From Amoeboradix gromovi X-113 (lineage: Eukaryota > Fungi > Sanchytriomycota): a DNA stretch of 14,851 nucleotides. Under the pieces are notes generated by a model. That model saw only the letters and a list, made by a program, of their open reading frames with translations, did not search any database and was not told where the DNA came from. Where the stretch lies: positions 1 to 14,851 of the forward strand of contig JADGIF010000203.1 in NCBI GenBank assembly GCA_018985225.1, written 5' to 3'. A program made the position numbers and the translations under genes. Shown one piece after another: positions 9,147 to 14,851 of this stretch (position 1 is the stretch's first letter; the number at the start of each line of letters is the position of its first letter).

Positions 9147-10430
9147 ATGCGCTCTGCTGTTCTACTAATTATTCTTTGCATGGTACTTCTTAATAAAAAT
9201 GTTCAAATATCCCCAAAAGTATCAAAAAACTTAGCGAACGAATTCAAGGTAGTGAATATACTAAATTTGAAGACACTAGGAAACATAACAGTGAGTCACA
9301 TGGAAGTCGTGTTTGAAAGCCAGGACGCATATAACCCTGCAGTATTGGAACTGCCTTTTGGAAGTAGATACCGGTTCTTAATGATTGGTAGAAAACCTTC
9401 AAATAAAATTAGGCGAGTAAACGACAAGGAATACAAGTACAGTGAGCCAGTTTATTGCTATGGTAATTTTGTAAAACACAGATTAGAGTGTGAGTCTAGC
9501 GAATCAAAAGTGTCAGTAGCCCCAGATTGGAATGCTATTGATAACAGAATGCGGATGGGCATTGGAGATGCAAGCTCCAAGTACGATTTCCAAGATCCCC
9601 GGTTGTGGTATGGTAAAATAAACAACAAGACTGAAATACTTGTTAGCTTTACTTGCGCTAGCAGCTGGAATCACCAGATTCGAACGACTTGCACAGGTTA
9701 CGCTCATTCTGTGATTCCAGACTTGCATAGAATCATAACAAATGGTACAGCAGGTTTATCTAAAGAGCAAGAACTGATAAACATAAACTTAAAAGGCTCT
9801 AAAGATCAGTACATCAAGAATGTGAGTCCAATTAGTTATGATTCGCAATTGTTTATCTATAAGATGCGGCCGCTACAAATTATTAAACATGATTTTATTA
9901 ATCGAATAGACGAGTTGTTTATTAATCTACCTACTCCGGCCTGCTTAGATATTCAGAACGATGACATAGATGTACACCTAGCTAGTAATGCTCTTCATAT
10001 TGGACTTTGTGAGCATCCCTGTTTTCCGAAAATAGAGCAAACAAGGATTGTGTTCATGATTCACTTTAAATTGGTAAACATAGGGTTAAATTATCCTTTG
10101 TACAAAAGGGTGCTACTATTTATGGATCCTAAAACTTATAAAGTAGATAGGATATCACCGCTCATAGAGCTCGAAGGAATCTCAAAGTCGGAGTTGGTTT
10201 TTGATTTAAACATGAATTACTCGCCTGAATCAGGTAATTGGAGCACATCGAATGCAAATTACACGGGTATGGTATCTGGTTACCTTAATACGCCAATAAT
10301 ATTAACATTAGGAATTGACTTGCAGAGAAAGTCAAGACTAGCATACTTCACAGCGAAAGATATGTATACCCAGTCCATGAAATGCACAAAGGAAGTGGCC
10401 AATATTATAAAAAATAAAAAGTTTATCTAA
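9147..10430 (+). CDS. Secreted or type II membrane protein resembling beta-1,2-mannosyltransferase (GT91)/GH130-type five-bladed propellers, 427 aa
   Basis: N-terminal hydrophobic segment. AYNPAV, FQDPRL and KNVSPI occur in the order of the NP / EDPR / KNWxP motifs of that clan. Confidence 0.55.
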   Translation: MRSAVLLIILCMVLLNKNVQISPKVSKNLANEFKVVNILNLKTLGNITVSHMEVVFESQDAYNPAVLELPFGSRYRFLMIGRKPSNKIRRVNDKEYKYSEPVYCYGNFVKHRLECESSESKVSVAPDWNAIDNRMRMGIGDASSKYDFQDPRLWYGKINNKTEILVSFTCASSWNHQIRTTCTGYAHSVIPDLHRIITNGTAGLSKEQELININLKGSKDQYIKNVSPISYDSQLFIYKMRPLQIIKHDFINRIDELFINLPTPACLDIQNDDIDVHLASNALHIGLCEHPCFPKIEQTRIVFMIHFKLVNIGLNYPLYKRVLLFMDPKTYKVDRISPLIELEGISKSELVFDLNMNYSPESGNWSTSNANYTGMVSGYLNTPIILTLGIDLQRKSRLAYFTAKDMYTQSMKCTKEVANIIKNKKFI

Positions 10431-10555
10431 AATGCAATTGAATAACTTTCTACTTATTCGATCTTTATAAACGTTATGTGTCAACGATTAAAGAATATCG
10501 CGTTGAATTTAAAGGTAGTTTATATAAAGTAGCTCAGCCATAAATGAGGCTTTAA

Positions 10556-12681
10556 ATGGACTCTCTCAAGACACCTTTTAATAAAGTTTCAAAAGAACAA
10601 GAAAAGGGTGGAAAACCTTCCAATTCAGATGAGTTGCTGACAGTCCACAAAGCTACAGCAAGTGCGTCTCAGATAACTCTATTTAGTGGGCGTAGACGGT
10701 CACTTTCCCAACCAGACTTGGCTAAAATTGATGCTTCACAAAATTCTAGTATTGCAAAGATAAATTCAGAAAAAGGCTCTAAGATTAGCGTAAAAAGTAA
10801 GGCAGATACACCAAAAACATCCGTTGTCAGTCTCAAAACTGAGAAGCGAGCTGTTGTTGCGGAGATGGTAAAGGGATATGAGGTGACCCCGCGTATATCC
10901 ACATTTAAGCTAACAGAAGTGCCGCCACAGATTCAAAGTGCGCCTCCTAATTCGTCGTATTCATCTATTATCAGTTTCGAAACTGATAAGATGCAAACAA
11001 ATTACAGAAAAAAAGCAGCAATGAATAGACTAACTGTAGATATGTCAAGTAATGCGAGCTTTAACAGCTCATCTCTCCTAAGGAATCCTGAATACAGAAG
11101 GACTATTGCTGTAATGGATGCAAATTTAAACATTAAAAAGTTCTCATCAGCGTCGTCCACTCCACCTCCAGCAATATCATTGCCGGTTCCAAACAATACT
11201 AGCCAAACTATAGCAAATCCTAGAGCAGTCTCTCGAGCTACCACAATGCCAGAAAAGAAATTATCGACCTTAACCAGCGTCAAATTTGGCTCTTTTGAAG
11301 AACCGAGTTTCGTTTCTGTAGACATTTTAGAAGACGTGAAAACTAAAGAATCTCCTGTTAACACACCTCCGTTTAAGGTGTTTAGAGCTAATATTCCTTC
11401 CTTTTTGAAGGCTTTGTTATTTATTGCTGTGGTAGCATCGACTGCATTTCTAAGTCTCCTTAGTCTCTACAGCTTACCTCAATATGCATTTATTCCAACA
11501 CTACTGTATCTTTTGACTAACTTAGGCTTATTTTCGCGATCGTCTCGAACGTTCTGTTCTTCTCACTTGATATTCCAAACTCTTCAATACTGATTAAAGA
11601 ATTATATTCTTCTTATCCACTGCTAATATCTGCTCTAGTTGGTCTATTTTTTGCCCAGATAGTGAGTGGTATCGTTTCCTCAATCAACCTTATTAGCTCT
11701 TGGGTGCCATTTATTCTATTTTTGTCTGCTGGTTGCTCTGCTATACTGATAACTTTAGAGATTTTTGCTTTAAATATGTCTTTTGCGATGGTAAAGTCTC
11801 TTAGAACGACATATACTGATCAATTGGATGGAATTTTAAAGTTATGCATTGCTATTCGGAAAAAGCATTCCGGAGTTAAGCTAGATGTATATGATACATT
11901 CTTTTCAAGGATATTGTTCTCTGAACTAAGTCTAGGAAATGATAGAATAACAAGGAAACTTGTTTCGCCATATACTGTAAATGAGAGCGTTTTTAAAAGC
12001 TTAAATTTGTATGATAACGCTGATATAACAGAGATAGAGCTAACAGAATGCATCGAGCACATAATACAAAAATCGCAATACGAAATAGAAGAAAAAAGAA
12101 GTGTTTATTTTTGCTGTAAAAAAACTCACAAAGTTTTTCTTCAATTCGGATTGTTCTGCTCATTTATTGTTATGGCAGTAGGAATACTCGGAGTTCCTTT
12201 TGGCCTGCCCTTCTTTTTCTTTGGCCTAGTTGCGTCACCAATACTAATTAGACCAGTTTTGACAGCAATTGAATATGGAAAAATTATTTCAACAAGAAAT
12301 TGGCACATTGGAGATTTGATACAGTTGGACGAGCCAGCTAGGCTGACGGGATTTGAGTTTAACCAGCTGCACTTAAAAACTTATAACCAAAAGGTTATTG
12401 TGAAAAAATATCCATTACAAGAGATTTGTATTATTGACCATATAAGTAAAAAGTACAATATACAAGGAACATTTAACAAAGATGAGCAGTACCTAATATT
12501 TAAAGGACTGACTAAGAAGACACACAGATTTGTAAAAGCGATTAATATCGAGCTTATATCAAAGAACAAAACTACGATAATACTAGATTTTAAAAGAAAT
12601 CCAAGAAACTGTTTAGCAGCCATAGAAGAAGTACTGAAAAAGTACGAACTACCATTTGAACATGTTGAACTGGAATTATAA
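10556..12681 (+). CDS. MscS-like mechanosensitive channel (Msy1/Msy2/MSL type); 2 exons, 10556-11505 and 11526-12681, 701 aa
   Basis: Joins the 345-aa and 339-aa ORFs through a 20-nt intron. It has a long S/T/P-rich N-terminus, several TM helices, a degenerate EF-hand-like segment (VFKSLNLYDNADITEIEL), and WHIGDLIQLD resembling the MscS beta-domain PFxVGDRVxI. Confidence 0.72.
11506..11525 (+). other. 20-nt spliceosomal intron (GTATCTTTTGACTAACTTAG)
   Basis: GT...AG with a canonical CTAAC branch point. Removal gives a continuous hydrophobic helix, YAFIPTLL|LIFAIVSNVLFF, and fuses the two ORFs in frame. Confidence 0.92.
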
Positions 12682-12868
12682 AATAAATATCACTTTTACC
12701 TTTACGAAATGATATCGTGAAATGACATGATACCGATGACAAGGCTGATCATTGCCAGATCTAATCATGAGATGGGGTAAAACCTGAACGTCACCTTAAA
12801 ACGAGCTACCCATAAAGTAAATAAATAACCATTCTTTCCCCCTGAATTTTATATTGCTGGCCGATATA

Positions 12869-13231
12869 ATGAATATCAAATACTTGCTGAACCCAGAAAA
12901 TGACGACAAAGCCAGCTACTCCTGTACGCCCAAGCTGAAGATTGATTTATTTACTTATATTTGTGAGTCTGGATATTGTCCAATATGCAAAACAGCTTTT
13001 GTGAGCAAAGGTAGTGCATCTAGACACTACTTTTGTGTTCACTCTGCAGCCTTGAAGTGCCCATTCTGTCCCCGTAAAATTAAGTACTTGGGTAGAATGG
13101 ATTTGTTAAAGCAGCACCTGATACGTTGCCAACAAGGTAAGTTTATCACCCACAGCGAGTTAAAACGAATATACTTGTTTGCTTTGAATCAGATGAATAT
13201 CAAGATACCATCATGCAGATCCGTAAGGTAA
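12869..13231 (+). CDS. Small C2H2-type zinc-finger protein, 120 aa
   Basis: CPICKTAFVSKGSASRHYFCVH (C2H2) and CPFCPRK..RMDLLKQHLIRC (C2HC-like). N-terminal MNIKYLLNP. ATG at 12869, with AATAAA just after the stop. Confidence 0.8.
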   Translation: MNIKYLLNPENDDKASYSCTPKLKIDLFTYICESGYCPICKTAFVSKGSASRHYFCVHSAALKCPFCPRKIKYLGRMDLLKQHLIRCQQGKFITHSELKRIYLFALNQMNIKIPSCRSVR

Positions 13232-13820
13232 AAAATAAACATTATAATACAATCTTCATGAGAGTTTCTGAAATGCACATCACTTCCTATTCTGCGTGTA
13301 GTTCATAGATTACTAGTTCAAGCATCGTCAGAAATTGTATTAGAAATTCACGAAAAGTCGTGTTATTTTCCAAAAATCTGTAAGACGATGATTTAGCACA
13401 ATCATCATTAGTTCATATTGCTAACAGTAAAAGCTTTATTTCCATGTACCAATTTCACACTGAGGACTCTTGGTCTCTAAATGTCCTTCATTCTAAATTC
13501 CACTGGAAGCACTTTCACCAAACTTTACATGAAACAATAATCGTGACAGCTCGATTGTTTTCTTGAATAAATCATTTTATCGCGAATTTGTATGCATTTT
13601 TATATAATTTCAAGATTTTTCCAGATTTTTCTAATAGCTTAAATGTTCATATTCTTCCTATTCGCAAAATAGTAAATGGAATAAATAGATGTAATACTGA
13701 ATATGCCAAATCTAAAGAAATAACTAACAGGTGCAGCATTCATTCATCAACACTGAGGAAATGGTCCAAGCATGGAAGAATTATATGTCTTTCAATGCCT
13801 ATAATGAGATGAACAATAAA

Positions 13821-14045
13821 AATAAACTTGAAAACCGTTTATTTAATAATTCTTGTGATTAGTCTTACCGAATATGCGACAAAAGAGATCATATGGCAGC
13901 AAGGAACATATACATCAAGTATCTGCATCCTTATTCAATCCCGCCTCAGGGTAGTGAAAGCGTGAGCAATCACTGTAACGAATTTACTAGCACCGCTAGT
14001 TTCTCTGTGGAAATTCTCGATTTTCTCGGAAATAAGGACTTTTAA
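13821..14045 (+). pseudogene. TnpB/Fanzor2-like C-terminal remnant with RuvC-III motif
   Basis: The frame reads NKLENRLFNNSCD*SYRICDKRDHMAARNIYIKYL... RDHMAARNI (13884-13910) matches the TnpB consensus DRDxNAAxNI. The TAG at 13860 is TGG in copy 1. Confidence 0.8.
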
Positions 14046-14058
14046 CGAGGAGAATCGA
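13940..14058 (+). ncRNA. Putative omegaRNA scaffold of the IS607-like element
   Basis: Hairpin 13951-13976 (gtagtga-aa-gc-GTGA-gc-aa-tcactgt: GNRA tetraloop and 2x2 A/A internal loop), hairpin 13986-14000 (actagc-acc-gctagt), and a ~12-bp stem 14017-28/14046-58. All lie directly 3' of the RuvC-III codons. Confidence 0.6.
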
Positions 14059-14512
14059 CACTTGGGATACCAAATATAAAAATTAGACCAAGTCATGTTT
14101 TAAAGGAGGTGCTCCGCAAGGAGGAAATACTGTTATTAATAAAAGTCCTTTCAAACCAATTTTCTTTTATTAATGTCATTCCCCTCTTTAAAATAAAACA
14201 AGATGACCCGCTATCTCTTTCAAATAAGGTCTTTGAGTGACTAAGCAAAAGGTGCATTTTTAGACGATACTCTTTATCTGTTCCATTTTCTTTTTCTTCT
14301 TACCACCCTTCGTATAACTTATTTTTGTTTTCTATTCTTATTAATCATTTTTTCTAAGATTTGGATGGAAGAAAAGCTTTTATGCTAAAATAATTTACTT
14401 GAACCAGTCAGATTAATTTAATTTACTTTACTATCGGTTGATCCACACTTGATAAAATGCTTCAAACTATTTCAGAAAGTTAGTCTAGTTTTGATATTTG
14501 ATGTCCCAGATG
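14059..14512 (-). mobile_element. Complete 454-bp TIR non-autonomous element, copy D, with a frameshifted Fanzor/TnpB 3' remnant (14093-14275)
   Basis: 30-nt TIRs CACTTGGGATACCAAATATAAAAATTAGAC (14059-88) and the reverse complement of 14483-14512 match at 24/30. The minus strand encodes KEYRL / KCTFC / FERDSGSSCFILKR..KENW across two frameshifts. No intact TA duplication is visible. Confidence 0.85.
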
Positions 14513-14851
14513 TTTAAAACTTCTAATTTGCTAGAAATACAGTAATTTCAAAGAGAAGTTGACAACGTTAGTCGCTCCGTTGAGGATACTTACTCTCCCA
14601 CTATCCTGATTTAGAATTAAGCAGGGTTACTTGTATTTCAAGTATGCTCCTCATTGTATTCGGCATTGTGTAGCTCATGTGCATTTTGACGCCTACTTTA
14701 AATGTGAAGAATTCGAAAATCATGAAGATTTCAAACCCCACACTTCTCAAGTGTAGGCAACTTGGGGAAATACCATTTGAGCATGTTCTTGCCTACATTA
14801 TTTTGAAGTACCTGGATTAATATCTCTATGGTCTTGGTGACCGCATTGCTG

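Larger units (their letters stand above)
13543..14058 (+). mobile_element. IS607-like internally deleted element, copy 2: left region, tnpA HTH remnant, tnpB/Fanzor2 3' remnant and structured right region
   Basis: Homologous to 568-888. HTH YAKSKEITNRCSIHSSTLRKWSKHGRI is followed by RDHMAARNI and three hairpins. Cut or abutted by TIR copy D at 14059. Confidence 0.8.

Noticed and set aside
609-12623. Short ORFs overlapping or antisense to the main genes (e.g. 609-869, 1501-1773, 1962-2345, 4434-4796, 6479-7015, 11002-11364, 12381-12623)
   Set aside because: These are shadow frames of real genes or TE remnants, many with non-ATG starts and none with recognisable motifs.
50-14512. CRISPR-like array from the recurring 25-nt repeat
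   Set aside because: The copies are dispersed and occur as inverted pairs, so they are TIRs rather than regularly spaced direct repeats.
14513-14851. Possible gene fragment or continuation of the IS607 right end
   Set aside because: Open stretches on both strands break near 14731-14757 and show no recognisable motif. The hairpins at ~14518-14560 are weak, so the IS607 right boundary remains undetermined.

Overview
AT-rich, gene-dense eukaryotic DNA, probably from a compact early-diverging fungus (inference; standard genetic code). It holds seven host genes: a coiled-coil protein with an At4g15545-like C-terminus, VIP1/PPIP5K, cullin-1, a CAP59/GT69 mannosyltransferase, a beta-mannosyltransferase-like propeller protein, an MscS-like channel and a C2H2 zinc finger. 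Three signals are missed by the ORF track. (1) Two exactly 20-nt spliceosomal introns (GTAT-N8-TAAC-NTAG) repair the VIP1 and MscS-like frames. (2) Two separate families of non-autonomous elements keep the 3' end of a TnpB/Fanzor-like gene plus a structured right-end region, a candidate omegaRNA ('ghost' guide locus). One family has 25-30 bp TIRs (4 copies). The other is IS607-like, with a serine-recombinase HTH joined to an RDxxAARNI RuvC-III remnant (2 copies). The two families abut each other at both ends of the window. (3) A dense hairpin cluster fills the 193-bp divergent spacer between the two glycosyltransferase-like genes. All alignments, translations and folds were done by eye and no database search was run.
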